A stretch of 64,000 nucleotides of DNA from Alphaproteobacteria bacterium (GCA_009691025.1 SHWB01000002.1:8300-72299), one strand, 5' to 3'. Shown: positions 38,471 through 48,825, counted from the first letter of the stretch. Notes: generated by a model not told the origin, from the sequence alone. A program made the numbers and translations.

Positions 38471-40880
38471 ATGGCCCGGCAGGAGGCAGGTCTGGCACAG
38501 CTCGTCCCCATCGCCCATCGTATCTGGGACATGAAGTACCGGCTGCGCGACGCCGCCGGGGCGCCCGGTCGACGGCTCTGTCGCCGATACCTGGCGGCGC
38601 GTCGCCCGCGCGCTCGCCGCCGCCGAACTCGACCCGGCCGCGTGGGAAGCGCCGTTCTACGCCGCGCTCGACGGCTTCGGCTTCATCCCGGCCGGCCGCA
38701 TCCTCGTCGGCGCCGGCACCGGCCGCGACGTCACCCTGTTCAACTGCTTCGTCATGGGCACGATCCCGGACGACATGGGCGGCATCTTCGCCCATCTGCG
38801 CGAGGCGGCGCTGACGCTGCAGCAGGGCGGCGGCATCGGCTACGATTTCTCGACGCTGCGGCCGCGCGGCTCGCTGGTGAAGGGCGTCGGCGCCGACGCC
38901 TCGGGCCCGCTGTCCTTCATGGACGTCTGGGACGCGATGTGCCGCACTGTGATGAGCGCCGGCTATCGCCGCGGCGCGATGATGGCGACGCTCGCCTGCG
39001 ACCATCCCGACATCGAGGCCTTCATCGACGCCAAGCGCACGCCCGGGCGCCTAACCATGTTCAACCTGTCGGTTCTAGTCACATACGCCTTCATGGCGGC
39101 GGTCTAGGCCGATGCGCCGTGGGATATGGTGTTTGGTGGCACGGTGGCGAAGACGCTACGCGCGCACGAACTATGGGACCGCATCATGGCGGCGACATAC
39201 GCCAATGCCGAGCCCGGCGTCGTCTTCATCGACCGCATCAATGCCGAGAACAATCTCGGCTGGCTTGAGACGATCCGCGCCACCAACCCCTGCGGCGAGC
39301 AACCGCTGCCGCCCTACGGCGCCTGCCTGCTCGGCTAGCTCGATCTCGCGCGGCTCGTCGAGGCGCCGTTCACCGCCGACGCGCACATTCCCGGCGCGGC
39401 CTTCGCCCGCCTAGTGCCGGTGGCCGTGCGCATGCTCGACAACGCCATCGACGTCTCGCGCTTCCCGCTGCCGGCGCAGCGCGCCGAGGCGCTGGCCAAG
39501 CGCCGCATCGGCCTCGGCGTCACCGGCCTAGCCGACGCTTTGGCGCTGTGCGGTGCCCGCTATGGGGCGCGCGAGGCGGTGGTGCTGACCGAATGCTAGC
39601 TCGCCGCCATCGCGCGGCACGCCTACCTCGCCTCGGCCGCGCTTGCCGCCGAGAAGGGCCCGGTCCAGCTCTACGACAGCGCACGCTTCCTCGCCGCGCC
39701 CTTCGTGCGGCGTCTGCCGCAGGAGGTGCGCGACGCCATCGCGCGCCATGGCATCCGCAACGGCCTGCTCACCTCGATCGCGCCGACCAGCACGATCTCG
39801 CTGCTGGCCGGCAATCTGTCCTCGGGCATCGAGCCGATCTTCGCCCATGAGTACGAGCGCGCCGTGCTGATGCTCGATGGCGAACTCCGCCACGAGCGCG
39901 TCGAGGACTGGGCCGTGCGCCTGTGGCGCGAGACCAGTGGCGCCGACGCGCCGCTGCCGCCTGCCTTCGTCGACGCCCAGTCGCTGGCGCCGGGCGACCA
40001 TCTGGTGATGCAGGTGGCGGCGTAGAAATGGGTCGACAGCTCAATCTCCATGACCGTCAACGTGACGGAGACCATCGCTTTCGACGCCTTCAAGGACATC
40101 TACCTGCAGGCCTGGCGGCTCGGCTGCAAGGGCTGCACCACATACCTACCGAACGACGTCACCGGCTCGGTGCTGGCGACGACGCCCGCCGCGCAGCCGG
40201 AAGCCGCTCCGGCCGAGACGCCGCACAGGGGATTCGGCGACGTCTACGAGGCCGGCGGCGTGGTGTGGATGACGAAGCCGCTCGACCGGCCCGAGGCACT
40301 GCCCGGACGCACCTACAAGATCCGCTGGCCGGACAGCGACCACGCCATCTACATCACGCTGAACGACATCGTGCGCGACTGCCGCCGCGCACCCTTCGAG
40401 GTGTTCATCAATTCCAAGAACATGGAGCACTACGCCGGGACGGTGGCGCTGACGCGCATGATCTCGGCGATGTTCCGGCGCTGCGGCGACGTCTCCTTCG
40501 TGGCCGAGGAGATGAAGGCGGTGTTCGACCCGCGCGGCGGCCAGTGGCTGGAGGGCCGCTACGTGCCCTCTCTGCTCGCCGCCATCGGCGAGGTCATCGA
40601 ACGTCACATGATCGATATCGGTTTCCTTCCGGCGCGCGAGGCCGGCGCCGTGGGCCGCGCCGCGCATGCCGCGGCGGCCGCCGGTGGCAGCGGGACCGGC
40701 GGGGCCAAGCCTGCGCCCCTCACGGTGGCGGCGGCGGGACTTCGGCAATGCCCGCGCTGCGCCGCCGCCGGGCTGGTGCGGCAGGAAAACTGCGACGTCT
40801 GCCTAGATTGCCGGCACTCGAAATGCGCCTGCGCTATCGCGGCGGCAGGCCGGCCGCGTCTGATATACTGCCGGCCCTGA
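38471..40880 (+). pseudogene. nrdJ: Adenosylcobalamin-dependent (class II) ribonucleotide reductase, heavily disrupted
   Basis: The N-terminus (ATG 38471, ..PIAHRIWDMKYRL..) is in frame 2. From about 38568 the protein continues in frame 0 (VDGSVADTWRRVA..GRILVGAGTGRDVTLFNCFVMGTIPDDM..GGGIGYDFSTLRP..RRGAMMATL.CDHPDIE.FI.AK). In-frame TAG codons lie at 39105-39107, 39336-39338 (within [17 protein letters not shown]), 39597-39599 and 40023-40025. The five ORF-track pieces from 38754 to 40880 share one frame. The C-terminal CxxC..CxxC ribbon is retained. Confidence 0.85.
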
Positions 40881-40900
40881 TCGACGCACGGTGCGAGGGC

Positions 40901-41119
40901 ATGGACGGAACCGGCGGCATGGAAGACCGCGAGGCGCTCGAAATTCTGCTGTCCGACCTGCGCAGCGAGCATCGCGACCTCGACGACGTCATCGAGCGGC
41001 TGGCCGAAGCGTTGCCGTTCGACCAGCTGCGCCTGCAGCGGCTGAAGAAGCGCAAGCTGCAGCTGCGCGACCGCATCCAGCAGGCCGAGAGTTCGCTCTA
41101 TCCGGATATCATCGCGTAG
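40901..41119 (+). CDS. DUF465 (YdcH-like) small protein
   Basis: ..LLSDLRSEHRDLDDVIERL......DQLRLQRLKKRKLQLRDRI. ATG 40919 is an alternative start. Confidence 0.7.
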   Translation: MDGTGGMEDREALEILLSDLRSEHRDLDDVIERLAEALPFDQLRLQRLKKRKLQLRDRIQQAESSLYPDIIA

Positions 41120-41175
41120 GCGTGTGGCCGAGCGGGAATGCCAGTGCGGTCCCCATCCTTCGCCCTTAGATACGC

Positions 41176-41225
41176 CGCCTGATGGCGGCTACTCAGGGTG
41201 AGGAGGCTCAGGATGAGGACCCGGA
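41176..41225. repeat. Repeat family B fragment
   Basis: ctcagggtgaggaggctcaggatgagga is the reverse complement of the tcctca(c/t)cctgagcctcctca motif seen at 585-612. Lies in a convergent gap. Confidence 0.4.
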
Positions 41226-41240
41226 ACGATCCCGCAAACC

Positions 41241-44063
41241 TCACCCGGACGGCGCCGCGAAGAACCACCGCACCAGCCCGACCGCCTCGGCCAGCCCGAC
41301 ACGCTCGATCTCGACGCCGGCGGGGAAGGCTGTGGCGAGGCGCGTCGGCAGGGCCGCGTCGAGCAGCACAAAGATGCCGCGGTCGCCGGCGCGGCGCACC
41401 AGCCGTCCATAGGCCTGGGCGAGGCGCAGGCGCGCCATCGCATCGTCGACGGCGCGGCCGCCGAACTCCGCCCGCCGGGCCTTGTGCAGGATGGTCGGGC
41501 GCGGCCACGGCACGCGGTCGAAGACGATGAGGCGCAGCGAGCGTCCCGGCACGTCGACGCCGTCGCGCACGGTGTCGGTGCCGAGCAGGCAGGAATCCTC
41601 CTCGGCGCGGAAGATGTCGAGCAAGGTCGAGACGTTCATCGCGTCGACATGCTGGGCGTAGAGCGGCACGCCGGCATCGGCGAGCGGGCCGACGATGCGC
41701 GCATGCACCGCGCGCAGCCGTTCGATAGCCGTGAACAGGCCGAGCGCGCCGCCGCCCGAGGCGAGGAACAGTTCGCGGAAGGCCGCCGCCACCTGGTCGG
41801 CGGCGCCGCGCCGCACGTCGCGCACCACGAGGATGCGCGTCGCTTCCTTGTAGTCGAAGGGCGAGGGCACGCGCGCGCGCAGCGCTGGACGGGCGAGGTG
41901 AAGCGCGCCGGTGCGCGCCTCGGCGGCGTGCCAGTCGGCCTCGGTGTCGCCGGTGGCGTCGGTCAGAGTCGCCGAGGTGACGACCCAGCCATGGGCGTGG
42001 CGCATCAGCACGGCGGCGAGCGGCATGGTCGGGTCGAGATGATGGCGGTACATGCCGACATCGGCCTCGCGCCCGTCGTTGCGCTCGATGGCGAACCAGT
42101 CGACGAGGCCGGGCGGCGTGCCGCCGGCGAGGTTGGCGAGCATCGCGCGCCAGCCGGCCAGCGTGTCGGTGGTGCGCCTCTCGATGGCGCGTGCGACGCT
42201 GTCGAGCCGCCCGCGCGTCGCGCTGTCCAGATCCCCGGCCTCGTCGTCTAGGCGGGCGCGCAGGCGTTCGGCCAACGCCGTCAGCGGGCGGGCGAGGTCG
42301 CCCAGCGCGGCCCCGGCCGACAATGCCGCCGCTCGCACCGAATCCTCGACGGGCTCGGTCTCGCACTCGCTGCCGTAACTGTCCCCGCCATTGGGTGCGC
42401 GGGCGCGCACCTGGGCGCGCACCGCCATGAGGAAGGCCTCCAGCGGCCCCTGCGGGCGGCCGTCGAGGATGCGCGCGCCCCAGCCCGGGCCCGGCAGCGC
42501 CCGCGCCGCCGCCAGAGCACCGTCGAGGGCGGCGGTAGCCGCTACATCGCCGCCGGAGAGGTCGCCGGCCCGCAGTGCGAGGCCGCGCGCCCGGCCACGC
42601 CGCCCGCCCTCGGCGCCGACGATCCAGCGCCGCAGCTCCGCCGCCTCGCGCGCCGTCAGATGCGTCGAGAAGGTCGAGTCGGCGGCGTCGAACAGATGAT
42701 GGCCCTCGTCGAAGACGTAGCGTACCGGCAGGCGGTCGTCGTCGCCGGCGCGCGCCGCCGTCAGCATCGCCAGCGCGTGGTTGGTGACGACGATCTTCGC
42801 GTGCGGCGCGCGGCGTATCGAGCGCTCGACGAAGCAGTGGCCGTAATGGGGGCAGGCGGCGTAGATGCACTCGCCGCGACGGTCGGCGAGCCCCAGAGTC
42901 GGGCCTCCGCCGACGAGTTCGGTTAGCCAGGAGGGAAAGTCGCCGCCGAAATCGCCGTCGCGCGTCGCCGCCGCCCAGCGCAGCACGAGGCCGATGCCGA
43001 CCGCTTCCGGCGTGTGCAGCGTGCCCATACGCCCCACCGTATCCTCGAGATTCAGCAGGCACAGATAGTTCTCGCGCCCCTTGCGGATGACTACCGCCTC
43101 GGCGCGTTCCTTAGGATCGGGCCACAGCCGCGCCAGCTCGGTGTCGAGCTGCTGCTGCAGCGCGCGGGTATAGGTCGAGGCCCAGACCGGCGCGCCGTTC
43201 TTCTCGGCCCAGAGCGAGGCGGCGGCGAGGTAGCCGGCGGTCTTGCCGGTGCCGGTGCCGGCTTCGGCGAGCACCACGGACGGCTCGCCAGGAGCCACGC
43301 GCGGTGCGAATGCGGCGGTCACGGCCGAGGCGTAGTCGGACTGGCTCGGCCGTTCCTCGGCGCCGCCGCCGAGCATGCGGGCGAGTTGCGCGCGCGCTTC
43401 GGCCGGCTCGACAGGATGGCTGCCGGGCGGATCGGGCGGCGCCATGTCCTGCCAAGCCGGCAGGTTGCGCCAGACGGCGAGCGCCGGTTCGTTCCAGGCC
43501 TTGCCGGTCGCCGCCGGCCCCCAGGCCCAGCCGGCGGCGGCGAGCGCGCGGGCGATGGCGATGGCGGAGGGATTGGCCGCCTCGCCGGCGAGTCCGTCGA
43601 GCAGGCGGACGGCGATTTTCGGCAGGGCGGCGACGGTGGCCTCGGGACCGGCCGGCGCCGAAAGTCCCAGCGCACGGGCAAGCCCGCCGACCGTGGGTAC
43701 TACGGGCCGCGCCGGCCGCGCGAAGGCCCATAGTTCCAGCAAGTCGAAGGCGGCCAGCCGGTCAATGCCGAGGCGCCGCGCCGTCGCCGGCGCATGGCAG
43801 ACTAGGACGGGCGTGGTCGCGGCGCGCGCCGCCGCGAGCGGTAAGGGGACATGCTCGACCACGCCGTCGGCGTCGAGCCACACGGCATTGCGCGCCAGCG
43901 CCACGATGGCGGGCGGCGGCGCGGCGGCGGCTTCGCCGTGGTTGGAGGTGCTCAAATCTTCTGTCCGGTCGCTAAAATTAGCGGCAAGCTTAGCGAAAAG
44001 CGGACTCGATGGTGGCTGACATGTGCCGGAAATTTCCAGATAAATCCCGCCAGCCACTGCCAC
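41241..44063 (-). CDS. DinG/XPD-like ATP-dependent DNA helicase with a long N-terminal extension
   Basis: Uninterrupted 940-codon ORF. Walker A AEAGTGTGKT, the Fe-S cysteine cluster NYLC...GECIYAACPHYGHC, DEGH (DEAH-type) at FDEGHHL, and C-terminal helicase motifs. The true start is possibly TTG 43955. Confidence 0.8.
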   Translation of the reverse strand: MAVAGGIYLEISGTCQPPSSPLFAKLAANFSDRTEDLSTSNHGEAAAAPPPAIVALARNAVWLDADGVVEHVPLPLAAARAATTPVLVCHAPATARRLGIDRLAAFDLLELWAFARPARPVVPTVGGLARALGLSAPAGPEATVAALPKIAVRLLDGLAGEAANPSAIAIARALAAAGWAWGPAATGKAWNEPALAVWRNLPAWQDMAPPDPPGSHPVEPAEARAQLARMLGGGAEERPSQSDYASAVTAAFAPRVAPGEPSVVLAEAGTGTGKTAGYLAAASLWAEKNGAPVWASTYTRALQQQLDTELARLWPDPKERAEAVVIRKGRENYLCLLNLEDTVGRMGTLHTPEAVGIGLVLRWAAATRDGDFGGDFPSWLTELVGGGPTLGLADRRGECIYAACPHYGHCFVERSIRRAPHAKIVVTNHALAMLTAARAGDDDRLPVRYVFDEGHHLFDAADSTFSTHLTAREAAELRRWIVGAEGGRRGRARGLALRAGDLSGGDVAATAALDGALAAARALPGPGWGARILDGRPQGPLEAFLMAVRAQVRARAPNGGDSYGSECETEPVEDSVRAAALSAGAALGDLARPLTALAERLRARLDDEAGDLDSATRGRLDSVARAIERRTTDTLAGWRAMLANLAGGTPPGLVDWFAIERNDGREADVGMYRHHLDPTMPLAAVLMRHAHGWVVTSATLTDATGDTEADWHAAEARTGALHLARPALRARVPSPFDYKEATRILVVRDVRRGAADQVAAAFRELFLASGGGALGLFTAIERLRAVHARIVGPLADAGVPLYAQHVDAMNVSTLLDIFRAEEDSCLLGTDTVRDGVDVPGRSLRLIVFDRVPWPRPTILHKARRAEFGGRAVDDAMARLRLAQAYGRLVRRAGDRGIFVLLDAALPTRLATAFPAGVEIERVGLAEAVGLVRWFFAAPSG

Positions 44064-44077
44064 GGGAGACCATCGCC

Positions 44078-44260
44078 ATGGACATCAATGTCATCCGCTC
44101 CGTATCGACGCTCGCGCCGGCGTCGCAGAGCGTCATTTCCGACAAGGCCCTGCCGGCCTCGGTCAAGCGGGAAGAGGTGGAGGGGGTGAAGCGACTGACG
44201 CCGGACGCCGCGCCGCCGTCGGACGGGCAGCGCGGCACCTTCGTCGACATCGCCGCATGA
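44078..44260 (+). CDS. Hypothetical small protein
   Basis: MDINVIRSVSTLAPASQSVISDKALPASVKREEVEGVKRLTPDAAPPSDGQRGTFVDIAA. No family recognised. Coding status uncertain. Confidence 0.3.
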   Translation: MDINVIRSVSTLAPASQSVISDKALPASVKREEVEGVKRLTPDAAPPSDGQRGTFVDIAA

Positions 44261-44263
44261 TTT

Positions 44264-44309
44264 TCCCTCTCCGCCCCCGGGGGAGGAGAGGGGTGGGGTG
44301 AAGTGGGTG
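44264..44309. repeat. Repeat family C, right-half copy
   Basis: tccctctccgcccccgggggaggagaggggtggggtgaagtgggtg aligns with 29859-29905. Confidence 0.55.
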
Positions 44310-44616
44310 TAGCGCGGCACATGAATTGGGAGTCTCTGCCACTTGAAGAGGGATCACACGGTTTCTCCTCCATGGGCGGCAGTGTAGGCTGCTCTCGCAA
44401 GGTGGTGGAACCATTCACGGCAACCGCCGCTGCCCGTCTGGCGCCGGCACCCTGAGGGCCAGCGTCGGCCAGGCCGGTCCTGGTCGCGGTCCCCGGCTTC
44501 ATCTCCCCGATCGGCCGGGGACCGCAACGGCCTCGGGAAGGGCCGTAACGATCGAAGATAACCCACATGGTGGAGGCTCCGGCGGCGCGGCTGGTTTCAG
44601 CGAATTGGTCGGTAGC

Positions 44617-44668
44617 GCCCCCACCTCACCCTCACCCTACCCTCTCCGCCCTCAAGGGCGGAGAGGGT
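44617..44668. repeat. Repeat family C, left-half copy
   Basis: gcccccacctcaccctcaccctaccctctccgccctcaagggcggagagggt aligns with 29792-29836. Confidence 0.55.
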
Positions 44669-44754
44669 TCCCGGCCGCGCCCTCCTGTTGACCCGGAGCG
44701 CCGCCGCCCATAGGGTCCGCCCCGCGTTCTTTTCGAAGGCTGGAACGGACACTC

Positions 44755-46344
44755 ATGGCGGCGGCGCGCGACCTGGCGATGGCGGCGAAGGCATGGCCGT
44801 TCGAGGAGGCAAGGAAGCTACTCGAACGCATCGGTGGCAGCGCGCCGGCCAGGGGCCATGTGCTGTTCGAGACGGGCTACGGCCCCTCGGGCCTGCCGCA
44901 TATTGGCACCTTCGGCGAGGTCGCGCGCACGACGATGGTGCGCCGCGCCTTTGCCGAACTGTCGGATGTGCCGACCCGCCTCCTCGCCTTCTCAGACGAC
45001 ATGGACGGGCTGCGCAAGGTGCCCGACAACGTGCCGAACCGCGAGATGCTGGCCGGCCATCTCGGCAGGCCGCTGACCGCGGTGCCCGATCCGTTCGGCA
45101 CGCATGACAGCTTCGGCGCCCACAACAACGCCCGCCTGTGCGCCTTCCTCGACCGCTTCGGCTTCGCCTACGAATTCGCCAGCGCCACCGAGTATTATCG
45201 CGCCGGCCGCTTCGACGCGACGCTGCTGCGCCTGCTCGAACGCTACGACGAGACGATCGCCGTCATCCTGCCGACCCTGGGGCCCGAGCGGCGCGAGACC
45301 TATTCGCCCTTCCTGCCGGTCTGCCCGACCACCGGGATCGTCCTGCAGGTGCCGCTCGTCGAGCGCCGTCCGCAGAGCGGAACGATCGTCTACCGCGACC
45401 CGCGCTCCGGCGCGCTGGTCGAGGTGCCGGTGACGGGCGGGCATTGCAAGCTGCAATGGAAGGCCGACTGGGCGATGCGCTGGGTAGCCCTCGACGTCGA
45501 CTACGAGATGTCGGGCAAGGACCTGATCGATTCGGTGCGCCTGTCGTCGCGCATCTGCCGCATCCTCGGCGGTACGCCGCCCGAGGGTTTCACCTACGAG
45601 CTGTTCCTCGACCAGAACGGCGAGAAGATCTCGAAGTCGCGGGGCAACGGCCTGACCATCGACGAATGTCTGGGATACGGCCCGGCCGAGAGCCTCGGCT
45701 GGTTCATGTACGGCAAGCCGAAGGCGGCCAAGCGCCTGCATTTCGACGTCATCCCGCGCAATGTCGACGAATGGCTGGGCGGCCTCGCGCGCTTCGCCGG
45801 CGAGGATGCGGCGGCGCAACTCGAGAATCCCGCCTGGCATGTGCATGCCGGCAATCCGCCGGCGGCCGAGGCCGGGCCGTCCTTCGGCGTGCTGCTCAAC
45901 CTCGCCTCGGTGTGCAACACGGAGGATGCGGCGGTGCTGTGGGCGTTCGTCGCCCGCTACATGCCCGACGCCTCGCCGGCGACGCATCCGATCCTCGACG
46001 CCCTCGTAGGCCATGCCATCGCCTGCTACCGAGATCTCGTGAAGCCGGCCAAGCGCTACCGCGCGCCGACGCCGGCCGAGCGCGCGGCGCTGGCCGATAT
46101 CGCCGACAGCATCGCCGCCATGCCGCAGGGCACCGACGGCGAGGCGGTGCAGACCGAAGTCTACGCAATCGGCAAGGCGCACGGATTCGAGCCGCTGCGC
46201 GACTGGTTCCGCTGCCTCTACGAGGTGCTGCTGGGGCAGAGCGAGGGGCCGCGCTTCGGCTCCTTCGCGGCGATATACGGTATCGCCGAGACCGTGACCC
46301 TGATCCGCCGCGCGCTCGCTGGCGAAGATCTGTCGGCGTCCTGA
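44755..46344 (+). CDS. lysK: Lysine--tRNA ligase, class I
   Basis: 529 aa. ..[10 protein letters not shown]........[26 protein letters not shown] and KISKSRGNG (KMSKS-like). This is the class I LysRS typical of alphaproteobacteria. Confidence 0.92.
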   Translation: MAAARDLAMAAKAWPFEEARKLLERIGGSAPARGHVLFETGYGPSGLPHIGTFGEVARTTMVRRAFAELSDVPTRLLAFSDDMDGLRKVPDNVPNREMLAGHLGRPLTAVPDPFGTHDSFGAHNNARLCAFLDRFGFAYEFASATEYYRAGRFDATLLRLLERYDETIAVILPTLGPERRETYSPFLPVCPTTGIVLQVPLVERRPQSGTIVYRDPRSGALVEVPVTGGHCKLQWKADWAMRWVALDVDYEMSGKDLIDSVRLSSRICRILGGTPPEGFTYELFLDQNGEKISKSRGNGLTIDECLGYGPAESLGWFMYGKPKAAKRLHFDVIPRNVDEWLGGLARFAGEDAAAQLENPAWHVHAGNPPAAEAGPSFGVLLNLASVCNTEDAAVLWAFVARYMPDASPATHPILDALVGHAIACYRDLVKPAKRYRAPTPAERAALADIADSIAAMPQGTDGEAVQTEVYAIGKAHGFEPLRDWFRCLYEVLLGQSEGPRFGSFAAIYGIAETVTLIRRALAGEDLSAS

Positions 46345-46349
46345 GGGAG

Positions 46350-47249
46350 ATGGCGATGGCCAGCACGATGCGCAGCGCCGCAACGCGGACCCGCGGCAAG
46401 CCGGCGGCGGTGGAGCGTGGCGTGCCCGTCCCGTTGGCGCCCGCCGCGCCGCTTCTGGTCCCGGCCGGGGATGAGGACGAGAGCCAGCCGAAATACGCCA
46501 ACCGCTCGGTCGACCGCGCGCTCGACATCCTCGTCTTCCTGCACGAGTACCGGATGCCGGCGCGCATCACCGACATCTGCAAGGGCACCGGCCTGTCGCC
46601 GGGCACGGCGCATCGCCTGCTGGCGGTGCTGGTCGCCCGTCGCTTCGCCTACAAGAACACGATCACGCGGCGTTACTCTCTGGGTTTCGAGACCTTCTAC
46701 ATCGGCGCCACCAGACGGGCGATGCGCATGACCAGCGGACGCGCGCACCCGTTGCTGGTGCAGCTCGCGCGCGATGTTGGCGCCTCTGTGTTCTTCGGCG
46801 CGCTGGCCGGCAGCCAGGTGGTGCTGCTAGACCGCGTGCTCGGCTGCGAGGAGACGGGTCGCGTGGCGGCCCGCATCGGCACCTATGTCGACGCGCACGC
46901 CACCGCCATCGGCAAGGTGCTGCTGGCGTGGCAGCGCGAAAGCGAGACGCGCGAGGTGTTCCGCGAGCGCGGGCTCGAGGCGCACACGCTCAGGACCATC
47001 ACCACCGTGCCGACACTGATCGCCGATCTGCGCCGCATCCGGGCGCGGGGCTGGGCCCTCGACGACGGCGAGTTCCGTCCCGGCATGTTCGGCATCGCCG
47101 TGCCGATGGTCAGCATGCGCGAGGAGGTCAACCTCGCCATCTGGATGGTCTATGCCGGCGGGGTCGCCGACGAGGCCGAGATCGTTGACCGCGTGCGCCG
47201 CGCGGAAGCCGTCGCCAGGGCCATCTCGGACTACCGCCCGGTGGCCTGA
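46350..47249 (+). CDS. IclR-family transcriptional regulator
   Basis: ..SVDRALDIL.FL........I.DI...TGLS.GTAHRLL..L....F with a C-terminal IclR effector domain (..GW.LDDGE...G...IAVP..). Confidence 0.85.
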   Translation: MAMASTMRSAATRTRGKPAAVERGVPVPLAPAAPLLVPAGDEDESQPKYANRSVDRALDILVFLHEYRMPARITDICKGTGLSPGTAHRLLAVLVARRFAYKNTITRRYSLGFETFYIGATRRAMRMTSGRAHPLLVQLARDVGASVFFGALAGSQVVLLDRVLGCEETGRVAARIGTYVDAHATAIGKVLLAWQRESETREVFRERGLEAHTLRTITTVPTLIADLRRIRARGWALDDGEFRPGMFGIAVPMVSMREEVNLAIWMVYAGGVADEAEIVDRVRRAEAVARAISDYRPVA

Positions 47250-47380
47250 GGCGTTTCGCTTTTTCCGTACCTCAAAAAATCTCGCGGTACCGGCGTTGCC
47301 GCCGCCAGCCGGCGGACGCTAGTGTCCCGCATACAACAAGGCTAGGGCAGGACGCCCGCCGACGCGAGAAGAGGAACGTC

Positions 47381-48616
47381 ATGGCGCTGCCAAAGATCAT
47401 CGTCCAGCTCTACCCGGTGATGCCGGCCGAGAACGAGGCCGACCGCATGGCCAAGCGCCCGCTCGGCGCCAATGTCGAGCTGTACCAGCGCGTCGTCCAC
47501 GAATGGACCGACATCATCAAGGAATGCGACAAGATGGGCGTGTGGGGCGCCTCGACGATCGAGCACCATTTGCATTCCGAGGGCTACGAGGTCGGGCCGA
47601 ACCCGGGCGTACTAAACGCCTACTGGGCCAACCACCTCACCAACATGCGCGTCGGCGCGCTCGGCTACGTGATGTCGACGCAGGATCCGATCCGCGTCGC
47701 CGAGGAGACGGCGATCGTCGACCATCTGACGAAGGGCAAGTACTTCGTCGGCTTCGCGCGCGGCTACCAGGCGCGCTGGACCAACATCCTCGGCCAGGCC
47801 TCCGGCGCCTCGGCCACCTCCTCCGATGGCGGCGATGCCGACCGCAAGAACCGCGAGGTGTTTGAGGAGCGGGTGCAGATGGTGCTCGACTGCTGGACCA
47901 AGGAAACGGTCGAGCTGCGCGGTACCTCCTACCAGGCGCCGTACCCGATCGAGACAGGCGTCGTCGGCTATCCCGGCACGGACATCGCGCGCAAGGCCGG
48001 CGGGCGCGGCGAGATCGACGACAACGACGCGGTGCGCCGCATATGCGTCGTGCCGAAGCCGCTGCAGTCGCCCTATCCGCCGGTCTTCGTCGGCGTGCAC
48101 AAGAGCCCGCCGACCATCGATTTCTGCGCCCGACACGGCTTCCGCCCGTGCTACTTCAACCCGAGCGACGTGGTCGTCGACCTAGCGAAGATGTATCTCG
48201 ATCTGTCGACTAAATACGGCCACAACTTCAAGTTAGGCGAGCGCCAGAACATCGTGCGCCAGACGCGCCTGGCGAAGAACCGCGCCGATCTCGAGAAGCG
48301 CGTGATGAAGTACGACATCGACATCTTTAAGAATTTCTACAGCGTCTTCGCCAACCACAGCGTCGCCCGCGCCGATCCCAGCGACGCCGAGGCCTTCAAG
48401 GCGATGGATGGCACCAGCTTCCTCGCCGGCGGCACGGTGGACGAGGCGATCGCCTATTACCGCGCGATCTTCGCCAAGTGCCCCTTCGAGTACATCACGC
48501 TGATCTGGCATTTCGCCCAGCAGCCGAAGGACAGCGTGCTCGAGGAGATTCGCCTGTTCATGGAAAAGGTGCGCCCGGAACTCGAAGTGCCCGAGTTTGC
48601 GGTGGCCGCCGAGTAG
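47381..48616 (+). CDS. LLM-class (luciferase-like) flavin-dependent oxidoreductase
   Basis: 411 aa. ..IVQLYPVMPA.NE.DR...RP.G.N...Y......W......CD..G.WG.ST.EHH.HSEGYEV.PNPG... The function is assigned by family resemblance only. Confidence 0.75.
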   Translation: MALPKIIVQLYPVMPAENEADRMAKRPLGANVELYQRVVHEWTDIIKECDKMGVWGASTIEHHLHSEGYEVGPNPGVLNAYWANHLTNMRVGALGYVMSTQDPIRVAEETAIVDHLTKGKYFVGFARGYQARWTNILGQASGASATSSDGGDADRKNREVFEERVQMVLDCWTKETVELRGTSYQAPYPIETGVVGYPGTDIARKAGGRGEIDDNDAVRRICVVPKPLQSPYPPVFVGVHKSPPTIDFCARHGFRPCYFNPSDVVVDLAKMYLDLSTKYGHNFKLGERQNIVRQTRLAKNRADLEKRVMKYDIDIFKNFYSVFANHSVARADPSDAEAFKAMDGTSFLAGGTVDEAIAYYRAIFAKCPFEYITLIWHFAQQPKDSVLEEIRLFMEKVRPELEVPEFAVAAE

Positions 48617-48647
48617 GTTCCCGCCCAGGCAGGGCAGGATAGCGGCT

Positions 48648-48682
48648 GGCGGCGCATGATGTGCCGCCCGCCGTCTTCTTTT
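48648..48682 (+). terminator. Candidate rho-independent terminator after the LLM oxidoreductase gene
   Basis: GGCGGCGCA-tga-TGTGCCGCC stem followed by CGCCGTCTTCTTTT. Confidence 0.4.
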
Positions 48683-48825
48683 GCGTGACGCCGCTCGGTT
48701 CACCTGCTCCACCCCCCCCTTCGAGACGCCGCCTTGCGGCGGCTCCACAGGCTGGCCGGAAATGAATGTGGTGATTTCAACGCTCCGATCCCGACGGAAG
48801 AGCTTTCTGACCGCTCGATGGAAGT

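Noticed and set aside
44330-44480. Possible cobalamin riboswitch on the minus strand (GGTGCC ... GTGAATGGTTCC ... GCAGCCTACACTG ... AAGTGGCAGAGAC)
   Set aside because: Only loose resemblance to the conserved blocks (AGGGAA, GGTGnAAnTCC, GCCCCCGCnACTGT, AGCCAGGAGACC). The spacing is wrong for several blocks. The downstream gene on that strand (the helicase) is not a plausible B12-regulated target. It needs cmsearch before any claim.
45138-47249. 703-aa plus-strand ORF, and other long alternative-frame ORFs: 58922..60847, 41098..43062, 4268..5647, 5425..6714, 6805..7902, 31217..32287, 12811..14109
   Set aside because: These are shadow ORFs overlapping lysK, IclR, metX, metW, the helicase, ctaA, korAB and others in other frames or strands. 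Their translations are Arg/Pro/Gly/Ala-rich with no motifs.
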